A stretch of 62,879 nt of DNA, counting the filler, from Stramenopiles sp. TOSAG23-2 (Eukaryota), in the NCBI GenBank assembly GCA_900128395.1. It is 19 parts of 19 records of this genome, joined end to end, with 100 filler letters (N's around TTAATTAATTAA, not from the genome) between each part and the next. Parts side by side here need not be neighbours in the genome. Positions count along the whole stretch, not along the records: positions 1 to 3,351 come from LT651245.1; positions 3,452 to 6,801 come from LT651246.1; positions 6,902 to 10,250 come from LT651247.1; 16 more parts are not named here. One strand, 5' to 3'. The translations under genes and the position numbers were made by a program. The notes beneath the pieces are model-generated. The model was not told the DNA's origin, made no database searches, and saw only the letters and a list, made by a program, of their open reading frames with translations. Below, piece by piece: positions 1 through 8,800 of the stretch. Every line of letters starts with the position of its first letter. The stretch's first letter is position 1.

Positions 1-2
1 TC

Positions 3-1355
3 ATGAGGAAAGAGCCATATCATAAATGGCTTGGACATAGAAATCATATACTAGAACATCACCTTGAGCAGGCATATCATCTAAAAAAGCCTGTATCCGT
101 GCAACTGACAAATGCAGTGTATCATAATCAGCATGGGCAAACGACTGTTACAAACGTTGCAATTGTACCACGATTTTCAATAGGGCTCGATCTCGACGGT
201 GTTATAGTAACAATGACACAAATTAAAAGGCATGCTACTTTATCAATCATGGAAGGTAGATTTCGAACCGATGTTAACCGCATACCATGGCCACAAGAGA
301 AGACGTTACCGTACCGTTATATGTATCAATCAAGCGAAGTCCCGGCGGAACCGTTACATTGTGACGATAAGCAAGTACAACGCAAGTACTTAGAACCGGA
401 AACAGGTATCTTATGCATTGCAATTGATTTAACATTCGACGAATATCCGCCAACATCCGGTGGCCATGATTCCCAGGAAGCAACAATAGGAAGTCATCAT
501 ATATTACGTGATATTAAACGCAGCACATTTCATCCAAAGGAAGAAGATTATGACATTTCAGATGCAAATGGAAGTACGTCTAATGAAACTTCTATGACTC
601 GTTTATCTGCCCAAGACTTTCTTAAAAAGTTTATTTTTGATGTTACATGTATGGTTAATGAAAGTAAAGGCGTCATGGACCGAGTGTATAATACAAATGT
701 CTTGATTGCTGCATTTGGCGTCCAACAGGGAGGGAAAGCAGATGCATATGTAGACTCTACATGCCAAATGGCAATCAAAGTAACCGATTTAGCACATGCA
801 TTTCAGTCTGAATTAACGCAATATTATGATACTCATTATAGTGGCAAAATAAAACCATGGTTGAACGTGCGTTGTGGGGTCCATAGTTGCATTGCGCAAT
901 TTACACAGCCAGTGGAGGACGAAGAAACCGATGATATTGACGAAGATAAGGAGGAAGATGCACCACAAATATATCGATTGATGGATGAAGATATAGACTT
1001 AAGCATGGAAATGATAATTGCTGCATCAAAATTGGGTATCAGCCGTGTTGTTTCCCCTCATGCCGCTGCATTGTTTAAAGAAAAATTGAATCAAAATGAA
1101 TTGATTATGAGAAAAATAGACACCGTTCATTCAATGACTTTAAACAGTAATTCCAATGTGTATGAATTAGTTGCTTATAAGGAATTAGGATTTCATCAAC
1201 CTGGCTTTTTGAGAAGTATAAAATATTTCGAAAATGGGTTAGATTCATACGAAAATAAAGAATACCCTGTTGCAATACATTTCTTTAATCAAGCTTATGC
1301 ATTATCAAAAGATTCTTTGACATTGTTGTATATTGAGAGGTGTAAAACTGAATAA
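3..1355 (+). CDS. PAS/PAC-like + class III adenylate/guanylate cyclase-like domain + C-terminal TPR-like helix pair (5' partial; probably catalytically degenerate)
   Basis: VTNVAIVPRFSIGLDLDGVIVTMTQI resembles a PAC motif. CIAIDL, GVMDRV..LIAAFG, VRCGVHS, MRKIDTV and VYELV follow the cyclase motif order. FENGLDSY...DSLTLLYIERC resembles the tail of bacterial-type cyclases. Confidence 0.65.
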   Translation: MRKEPYHKWLGHRNHILEHHLEQAYHLKKPVSVQLTNAVYHNQHGQTTVTNVAIVPRFSIGLDLDGVIVTMTQIKRHATLSIMEGRFRTDVNRIPWPQEKTLPYRYMYQSSEVPAEPLHCDDKQVQRKYLEPETGILCIAIDLTFDEYPPTSGGHDSQEATIGSHHILRDIKRSTFHPKEEDYDISDANGSTSNETSMTRLSAQDFLKKFIFDVTCMVNESKGVMDRVYNTNVLIAAFGVQQGGKADAYVDSTCQMAIKVTDLAHAFQSELTQYYDTHYSGKIKPWLNVRCGVHSCIAQFTQPVEDEETDDIDEDKEEDAPQIYRLMDEDIDLSMEMIIAASKLGISRVVSPHAAALFKEKLNQNELIMRKIDTVHSMTLNSNSNVYELVAYKELGFHQPGFLRSIKYFENGLDSYENKEYPVAIHFFNQAYALSKDSLTLLYIERCKTE

Positions 1356-2004
1356 TCAAAAAAAGAGTTTTTTGTAAAATTCCTCCTGCTGTGTGAGAAA
1401 TACGAGTAATAAATCAAAAAATATTACGAGAGAAGTTAATATATTTTGATCTCCGTATATATTTAATTGGAGAGTAGGAATTATCATTTGAGTAAGTTAA
1501 AAAATAAGTTATGCATTGCATTAATTTTATACTATTATTCGTACACCGAGTATATTTAATCAAATATATATACTCGTATATTACGAATATTAAAATTCAC
1601 GCGAAAATAAATATGTTTTATTAAAAATTAATGTATTTTATGAGCGTATCATACTTTACATATGATATCTCCCTCTAACTTCTTGCCTGAGAATCTCACA
1701 AAAAGAAAATCACATGGGGAACGACCAAAACCATGTGTACAATAAAACATATTTTACAAGAACACAGACACACATACACACATAACACACCATATACAAA
1801 TTTTTATATTATTATTTTTTCGAACTAAATTTTATCGTTTTTTTTATATTTACGACGTACTTTTTATATTTACGACGTACTTTTTTTCACAGGGTATATA
1901 CAGTATTCATATATATACGCCTCGTTATGATGTCCATATTACTAAATGTATGCATACGCATATTTTAATTTTATATATATACGAACCCGTATCATATTTA
2001 CATT

Positions 2005-3351
2005 TTACACCACACCACCTGGTGGGGCAACCATATGTTCACCGTCTTCATCATCACCATCAACATGATTTGCATTGTATTCGGTCAGCAATTCAACACA
2101 TGCATCATGATTATTTCGCTGCGCTAATTCAATAGCTGAAAAACCACCTCCTTCTAATAAAATCCCATTCTCAGAAGTATCGGCAAATTCCAATAACAAA
2201 GTTAAACATTCATGATGTCCAAATTCAGCAGCTTTTAACAACGCAGTTTTCCTTACAATATCATGTGCATTAACATCAATATTTTCATTTCCCAATAGTA
2301 TCTCTACTATTTCACTGTAACCCTTTCTAGATGCAATCATTAGTGGGGTATCACCATATTGATCTGCAGCGTTTACATTCAACTTGGTCCCAGCACCATC
2401 ACATAATGCCGCCACACACTTTCGATAACGCGCACGAGTTGCAATTAATAATGCATTGTTTTTTACATAATTGGATGCATTTATGTCTATATCCTTATGC
2501 GTCAATAGTATCGAGACGCAATCGGAATGCCCATTTTTACAAGCTTCCATCAATGCTGTGTGACCTTTTCGCTCTACCCTTCCTACATTTCTTGACATGA
2601 AACCATTGATTCGTTCAGTCCATAGCCCGGCTGATCCCGAAAAGCCGATGGAAGATTCATTTACCTTCAAACCATTTGCATGCAATAATTTGCGTACAAA
2701 TTCCGTATTACCTTTTTGACTTGCAATAATCAAAGCTGTTAATCCTTTACGATTGCGATGGTTGATCAAATTGACATTAAATGCTTGATCAGCATTTTCG
2801 CCATTATTTCCTGTATCATCCTCTGTTACAGCGTTCCATTTAATTAACAAATCAAGACATTCAACATTACCGGACATACTTGCATTTATCAATGGTGTAT
2901 GCCCAAAATGTTTATCAATTGTGTTTATTATTTTATTTGAATCCTTTTGGTTGGAAGTTAAAATATATTCTGCAATTTCATAGACGCCGTATACCAGCGC
3001 AACCATAAATGTGTCACCTGGTTTACAATACACACTTCGTGGTATAGCAGTTTTCTCATACCATTGCTTAAACGTTTCCCACACCCCTTCCATGTAAAGC
3101 ACGCCACGCCCGTAGAATAAATGTTGTGGCCTGCGCTCTGGCACCAATCCTAAAATACGTATATACATTTCTACATTTAATGTTCCTCCAAAACCTAACT
3201 TTTGTTGTTGTGCTTTGTTCCAACTGTCACAAATACCATTAACATGCTTTGCAAATTCATTCCCATACAGATACGTATTGAGTAAACGCTGTAAGTCAGG
3301 CACGCAAACTGGATTTGAATAGGATGGTGTACAAAAGCTTGTTGCTGCCTT
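2005..3351 (-). CDS. Ankyrin-repeat protein (5' partial; frame open to contig end)
   Basis: Repeated ankyrin motifs: GHTPLINAS, GLTALIIAS, GHTALMEAC, GDTPLMIAS, KTALLKAA. Confidence 0.9.
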   Translation of the reverse strand, partial: KAATSFCTPSYSNPVCVPDLQRLLNTYLYGNEFAKHVNGICDSWNKAQQQKLGFGGTLNVEMYIRILGLVPERRPQHLFYGRGVLYMEGVWETFKQWYEKTAIPRSVYCKPGDTFMVALVYGVYEIAEYILTSNQKDSNKIINTIDKHFGHTPLINASMSGNVECLDLLIKWNAVTEDDTGNNGENADQAFNVNLINHRNRKGLTALIIASQKGNTEFVRKLLHANGLKVNESSIGFSGSAGLWTERINGFMSRNVGRVERKGHTALMEACKNGHSDCVSILLTHKDIDINASNYVKNNALLIATRARYRKCVAALCDGAGTKLNVNAADQYGDTPLMIASRKGYSEIVEILLGNENIDVNAHDIVRKTALLKAAEFGHHECLTLLLEFADTSENGILLEGGGFSAIELAQRNNHDACVELLTEYNANHVDGDDEDGEHMVAPPGGVV

Positions 3352-3451
3352 NNNNNNNNNNNNNNNNNNNNNNNNNNNNNNNNNNNNNNNNNNNNTTAAT
3401 TAATTAANNNNNNNNNNNNNNNNNNNNNNNNNNNNNNNNNNNNNNNNNNNN
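3352..3451. other. Artificial contig linker N44-TTAATTAATTAA-N44 (also at 6802, 10251, 13698, 17142, 20586, 24024, 27461, 30896, 34331, 37764, 41195, 44621, 48045, 51467, 54887, 58307, 61727)
   Basis: Identical 100-nt spacer with stops in all six frames. Contig lengths never increase, falling from 3351 to 3320. Confidence 0.99.
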
Positions 3452-3512
3452 AATTGACTATTTTCACTATCTTCAATATCATCAATTGAAGGAGGCAGTT
3501 GAAGAACACCCA
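3452..3512 (-). CDS. 5' start of an unknown gene (MGVLQLPPSIDDIEDSENSQ...), cut by linker
   Basis: ATG at 3512 after an AT-rich leader; frame open to contig end. Confidence 0.4.
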
Positions 3513-3980
3513 TATATATATATTTATGAGTAAATAAAATATCTTTTTAAATTTGAGTAAGAGAATTTTTTATATTTTTTATAAAAAAATATACATGTAC
3601 GCGTCGTATTTTTTTATGACTATATATAAATTATTATATATATTAAAAATATTAATACCTCTCTAAATATAAACTTCTAAATAGATTTTTTACCAACATA
3701 TTTTATACCCTGGTATCATACTCTAAATTTAAAGGCCCGTGTACGTATTATTTTTTTTCGGCGGTAAATTTAAAATTGTTTTGATTTTTTTTAAATATCA
3801 TATTACACTCTATCAGTAGATGATACGACAACAAATTACACACAAACTATTGAATATGCAATTACGATATTTAATATATATGTACACATGAACGTTTTTG
3901 TATTCACATAATGTTAGATAAATTTTCAGTATTATTATGTACTATGATATGTAAAGGCGTATGATATATATATAAATATG

Positions 3981-4206
3981 TATAAATATAATTTTGTACG
4001 GGTGCGTAGCGCTCGCTGGCCATTGACAAGGCCATGGAGCGACTCTAAAAGACAACCGGTTTATCTTGCATCCGTACAAACCCTGTAAATCAGTATAAAT
4101 ATAATTTTGTACGGGTGCGTAGCGCTCGCTGGCCATTGACAAGGCCATGGAGCGACTCTAAAAGACAACCGGTTTATCTTGCATCCGTACAAACCCTGTA
4201 AATCAG
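3981..4206. repeat. Exact 113-bp tandem duplication (3981-4093 / 4094-4206), probably an assembly artefact
   Basis: Two identical copies; similar ~100-bp duplications occur at 5761 and 19445. Confidence 0.9.
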
Positions 4207-4248
4207 AGGATAAATCCGTCATTACAAGGCTCTAGACGTTGCTGAATT
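4100..4248 (-). ncRNA. Unclassified structured RNA (K-turn-like hairpin followed by a three-way junction)
   Basis: GC-rich island in AT-rich DNA. Stems: GCCUUGUAA/UUACAGGGU enclosing AUGACGG...CUGA; UUUGUACGGAUGC/GCACCCGUACAAA; AAGAUAA/UUGUCUU; CGCUC-UGGCC/GGCCA-GAGCG. Confidence 0.55.
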
Positions 4249-4352
4249 TATTTATTAAAAGATATATATATATGTACTGATATATTTGTATCTGCCCAGA
4301 TATATATATCCAATTGTAAACATTATTACATGCAACAACAACAAAAATAAAA

Positions 4353-4428
4353 GCCATCAAGAAAAAAGTTCCGGATCATTCTTTTACGTCACACGAAAGA
4401 TGGTTGAAAAATATTTTCATCATATGGC
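4353..4428 (-). ncRNA. Box C/D snoRNA guiding 28S 2'-O-methylation at the yeast Am807-equivalent site (snR39/snR59-, U32/U51-type function)
   Basis: Terminal stem GCCA/UGGC, box C AUGAUGA, D' GUGA, D UUGA. The guide ACCAUCUUUCG is complementary to conserved 28S CGAAAGAUGGU, and the +5 rule points to the second A after the G. Confidence 0.85.
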
Positions 4429-4515
4429 ATTTTTTGTATAGCAGTATATATATGTATATATATATGTTTTAAAAAGCAGAATCCAGCAGTTATATATATT
4501 TTTGTATCTAGAAAA

Positions 4516-4694
4516 TTGTCCTAAGTTCTCATAATCCTTTAATGTGGCATGGGAGCCTCGTGGGTAATGTTCAAAGTCTTTCTCGCCAATCGATTCATCA
4601 ATAATATAACTAAATATAATATATCAAAAACTACAAAGGCTTACAGTGTTTTGTCAACCCGCTCCTTAACTATAAAATCTTCATCACTGGACAA
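4516..4694 (-). ncRNA. Long box C/D snoRNA, candidate snR4-like 18S helix-34 acetylation guide
   Basis: Terminal stem UUGUCC/GGACAA; C GUGAUGA (4687-4681), D' UUGA (4627-4624), C' UUGAUGA (4601-4595), D AUGA (4532-4529). CCAUGCCACAUU can pair with 18S GGUGGUGGUGCAUGG with bulges. Confidence 0.65.
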
Positions 4695-5006
4695 AATTTA
4701 TATATATAGACTATACCAGAATTTCATTATGTTGTATATATATATATATATGTAAAATGATAGTACTTACAACATTAGTATCACTTCATATTATTCAATT
4801 TTTTATTATCCTTCTACTTATTCATTAGATCATGTAATCGGTAACTCGAATATAATTATATATATTGCTAATTATAATATTAAAATGTTAGATGTAAAAA
4901 TTATTACTGAAAATAGGGGGTATCATATATATGAATGTATATGTTTGTGTGTTTGTATATATCTATATATATATGTATTTTATATTTATCAAAGATAAAT
5001 ATAAAA

Positions 5007-5197
5007 AAATGTAACTAGCCCATTAGTAGGTAAAGAAAGGTGTTTCCTTAATCTACCTGTAAAGTGACAGACAGTCTAGAGTTGTCTGGCTCCTGTATAA
5101 CTTTATTCAAGATATACATTTATTCTTGGCAACATTAGTTAAAAGTCTACCCATAATAATTCCATTACAGAGGGGATGCTTTAGGCAAAGTCGCCGC
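5007..5197 (-). ncRNA. Box H/ACA snoRNA candidate with three hairpins
   Basis: 5' hairpin GGCGAC/GUUGCC followed by H box AGAAUA; middle hairpin UGUAUA/UAUACA; second ANANNA (AGACAA); 3' hairpin CUAG/CUAG with upper stem AGGUAGA/UUUACCU 15 nt from ACA; ACA followed by a U-run. Confidence 0.7.
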
Positions 5198-5270
5198 GTA
5201 TGTGTGATATATTTCAACTCAAAATATTTCACATCGGTATATATATATATATATTTATATTAAACAAGAT

Positions 5271-5386
5271 GAGCTCAGACATCCAAGGAAGTATTCGTCC
5301 TACACAAATTTACGGTATGGCTAACCTTATCACTTTAAGGGATGTACTGCGAATGGTTGGGAAACCGGTTTTTTCTATCATCGCTC
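5271..5386 (-). ncRNA. U14: U14 (SNORD14/snR128) box C/D snoRNA
   Basis: Terminal stem GAGC/GCUC, C-like GAUGAUA, domain A CAUUCGCAGU and domain B CUUCCUUGGAUGUCUGA. These are the diagnostic U14 18S-antisense elements. Confidence 0.95.
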
Positions 5387-5523
5387 TTGTTTAATAAATG
5401 CATATATATATATATATATATATAGGTGTTTGTATGTGTGTTTATATGATGATGTATGTAGTTTTGTGTAATATATATCGTATTTTTTCTTTTGCAATTT
5501 GTGTTACTTTAAAAAAAAAAAAA

Positions 5524-5641
5524 AGAGTCAGAAAAGGAGTGCGAGTCCTGTATTTTTAGAACTGATTTCTTCATATGGCATCTAGTGGGTAGAAATACCT
5601 AAGAAGCAAAACTGGCATGTTCATGACGTTCATCATTCTCT
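5524..5641 (-). ncRNA. Orphan box C/D snoRNA (118 nt)
   Basis: AGAG/CUCU terminal stem, perfect C box AUGAUGA (5636-5630), D box CUGA (5531-5528), internal AUGAAGA C'-like motif. Confidence 0.8.
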
Positions 5642-5760
5642 AATTTGTTTTTTTTTTTTAGCAATATACAATATATATGTATGTCTGTCTGTATGTAAAA
5701 AGATGTATATATATATATATATATAGAATCTGTATGAATGTAAAACTTACTTTTAAATTT

Positions 5761-5970
5761 CTTGTAATTAACACTATAATAGTAGTAAAATATTGTTTTT
5801 ATTCAAACTATATTTGTTCGTGGTAATTGATTTCTTATCATTGTTGCTTCTAACATTAGATAATGCTTGTAATTAACACTATAATAGTAGTAAAATATTG
5901 TTTTTATTCAAACTATATTTGTTCGTGGTAATTGATTTCTTATCATTGTTGCTTCTAACATTAGATAATG
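5761..5970. repeat. Exact 105-bp tandem duplication, probably an assembly artefact
   Basis: 5761-5865 is identical to 5866-5970. Confidence 0.85.
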
Positions 5971-6142
5971 TTATCAAACAATATGAATAGCTGTGTCAAC
6001 AGATGTAGGAGATATATATCGATCTCTTTGTTTCTGCCATACATGTGTGTGTGTGTGTCACTCTGTGTATATCCAATTTGGATGGGATTTAGATTTGGTT
6101 GGTTCTCAAAGAAAGGACGTCTTACAGACTACAGTATGAAAC

Positions 6143-6770
6143 CGCATGGCATCAATGGCATGGCAATGGCATTACGATGGCATTGTCATGGCATCTCAAT
6201 GGCATTGTAATGGCATTTTACAGGTACTTTTTATCCTAAACTCCAACGACAGTTCCCCCATTGTATTTCCTGTTAAATCATTTCCCCCTATATTTGGTGC
6301 ACATATCACCTTAATTCTAAAAATGGTAAATATATAATGGCATTTTAATGGCATTTTCCGATTCTAATTTTCCCTTAGACTACTCCTATATATGCAAACA
6401 GAGACCATTCCTAAGGAGAACAGTAAAACATGTATGTATAAACTATAATGTACTTCAATATCTACTGTTACATCAGCAATTGACCTATATAATCATCTTT
6501 CAATAGAAAATCACCAAAAGATTGAATATAAAAAGTTTTTTCAAAAATATATTCAAAAACTCAAGTTTGGTGTAATTGCAATGCCATTGCAATGCCATTG
6601 CAATGCCAATAGAAAGCCATATAAAAAAACAAAATTGGTGCCACCATGATGCCATCACACTGCCAAAACAATGCCAATACAATGCCATTTTAATGCCAAT
6701 ATGGTATAGCAAAGATCAATTTTTGAAATGCCATCATGCTGCCAAGCTGATGCCATTGCAATGCCATATT
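6143..6770. mobile_element. Putative foldback/MITE-like element with inverted arrays of an 11-bp unit (AATGGCATTGC-like)
   Basis: ATGGCA units at ~11-bp spacing at 6143-6220 and 6335-6356; reverse-complement TGCCAT arrays at 6576-6612, 6648-6700 and 6727-6768. Confidence 0.5.
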
Positions 6771-6901
6771 GTAAATATACCTTAATAATACCTTAAACAA
6801 TNNNNNNNNNNNNNNNNNNNNNNNNNNNNNNNNNNNNNNNNNNNNTTAATTAATTAANNNNNNNNNNNNNNNNNNNNNNNNNNNNNNNNNNNNNNNNNNN
6901 N

Positions 6902-8800
6902 AATCAAAAGTATTAATAACCAACCGGAAACCAAACTTACAGCTCTGCTACTATTACTCAAGCCGTCACTAGTCTCTTCGCCAATTTTTTTCTTCCTTCC
7001 TGCAGGATACTCTTCAATAGCATTATCATTTTGACATTCCGTATCATCTTCCGCACATTCAGTAACATCTTGTGCCGCGTAGGTACTAGTTGTTGAAACA
7101 TCACCAAGTAAACGACGACGGCGTGAAGTTTTATAACTCAAACCAGACAACGCGGTACCAATCTCAGAAGTTACTGTATCATAATCTTCTTTGGTAGTTA
7201 AATCTTTTGTATCAACATCTGTATTATATTCAGCTTTAGCATCAACTACACGGCAATTTGGTTCTGCTACACCGTCCAATTTTTTCAACTGAGCACTTGC
7301 TGCAGCATTTTGGCTTACTTCCTTGATCTTATTTTTGAACTCAGCTTTGACATTATCATTGCATGTGGAACCAGATGTTTCAATTGTCACGACGACTTTT
7401 TTCTTTTCATAAAATTTTGTTATTGCTCCATCTTTAATAGCTTTTCCCATTTTTCGGACGCGCTCTTTAACAGTTTGTTTTGTACTTGGCGTAAATTTTT
7501 CGTCATAAGCTTTAGCATCAGAACCACTGATTTCAACAAATTTTTCCTTTCCCAGTTCATCGCATTCTGCATCTGTGCTACCACCTTCTGAACACGCGGC
7601 CCATGTTTCTGCAGAACCCTTCACTTCCGCACGTTTTTTTGTTTGCATATATTCTTTTTCTGGTAATCCTAATTCTATTGCCTTTGCTTTTGCCTCTTGC
7701 CTGCATGTTTTTATGTCATCACCATCGCATGCTTCAGCTGGTTCTAAAAGTATGTTTGCTTGGGATAGTCGTATAATTGTATCTGCATCTTCAGTATCAC
7801 CTAAATCGTTTTGATTTTCTTTTAATTTATCTTTACATACTTTTTTTTTGGTTTTATCGGAACCAGCTACTTTCATACATTCACCAAATACATTACCCAA
7901 CACTTCAACATTAGCTTCTCTTTCAACTGCTTTTTGTTTTTTCTCTCGCTTTGTTGAATCTTCTCCAGGCTTCAAGATTTTTGCAACTTCCTCTTGATCT
8001 GCCTTTGCCTCGTTTAAACATGCAGTTTTTTCATTTTTGCTTTCTTTCTTTAAGCAAAGTTTACGTGATTCTACCGCTGCATCAATTAATGCTGCTTTTT
8101 TCACTTTTTCCTCTGCTGTTTTTTTCTTCTTTTCGTCCGCTGAAGCTGTTTTACCTTGGACTTTTTGAAATGCTTCAAATGGATCCTTACACGTAGCGCT
8201 TGCATTATCTTTACGAGCTTTATAACAATCTCTAGCATTTTCCAGAGCTGCTGATACACCAGCTTTTCGTTCAATTTCTTTGAATTCCAATTTTGTAACT
8301 TCACTTTCCTCCTTCCCTAATGACTCCGCGATAGTTTTCTTTGCCAATGCATCGCATACACTTTTCGAATCTTCACATGAATTTCTTACATCCTTCAGAG
8401 CTTCTTTAGATACCTCTTTTAAAAACTCTTTCACTTCAGTGTCTGATGGTTCTTTGCCATCTACACTATTTTCTTTCATCGTTTTCTTCGCTTCTTCATC
8501 TTTGCATTTCTTCAATTTTTGTTTATCGGATCCAGCAAGTTTTACACATGCTTGCATTGCACTTGCTACTTTTGATTTTTTACCTTTTTCTACAAAGTGT
8601 TCAAATTCATAATCACTAATATCATCTTTATCTTTTCCCAATGAGTCAGCCATTGCTTTTTTACCATCTTTAGCACACCTTTTACGGTCTACAACATCAG
8701 TTGAGTTGCATAAACCGATTGTATTCATTATAGCTTTCGTAGCACCTTTCTTGATTACTTCCTGTACTTCGCTATCTTTAATATTCTCTTTAGTATTAAA
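6902..8800 (-). CDS. Lys/Glu/Cys-rich helical-repeat surface protein with RRRRLL motif and C-terminal hydrophobic tail (partial at both ends)
   Basis: Repeated C-x(9-12)-C helical units (ACVKLAGSDKQKLKKC, ECMKVAGSDKTKKKVC); SRRRRLLG; C-terminal LVSGWLLILLI. Confidence 0.75.

Noticed and set aside
3396-3407. Regularly spaced TTAATTAATTAA motif
   Set aside because: It is an artificial six-frame-stop linker embedded in Ns. ORFs ending in X-runs or 'LIN' are artefacts of it.
4190-4198. Telomerase RNA template (aaaccct)
   Set aside because: It is only one repeat unit with no alignment region, and it lies inside a stem.
4203-4222. SECIS element (AUGA...GA on the minus strand)
   Set aside because: The upper stem is only about 3 bp, there is no apical AA, and no upstream in-frame-UGA CDS.
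4107-4230. TPP riboswitch (GGGTGC start, GGATAA loop) on the plus strand
   Set aside because: It lacks the essential UGAGA and CUGAU/GCG..GG core elements.
4830-4927. Additional C/D snoRNA (AUGAUAC...GAGUUACCG..AUGA)
   Set aside because: The boxes are degenerate, there is no convincing terminal stem, and the 18S complementarity is short.
3878-5197. U17/snR30 or U3 identity for cluster RNAs
   Set aside because: The m1 (AUAUUCCUA) and m2 (AAACCAU) motifs and U3 box A/B were not found.
6146-6785. Cys/His/Trp-rich short ORFs (6146, 6500, 6576)
   Set aside because: They are translations of the 11-bp repeat arrays.
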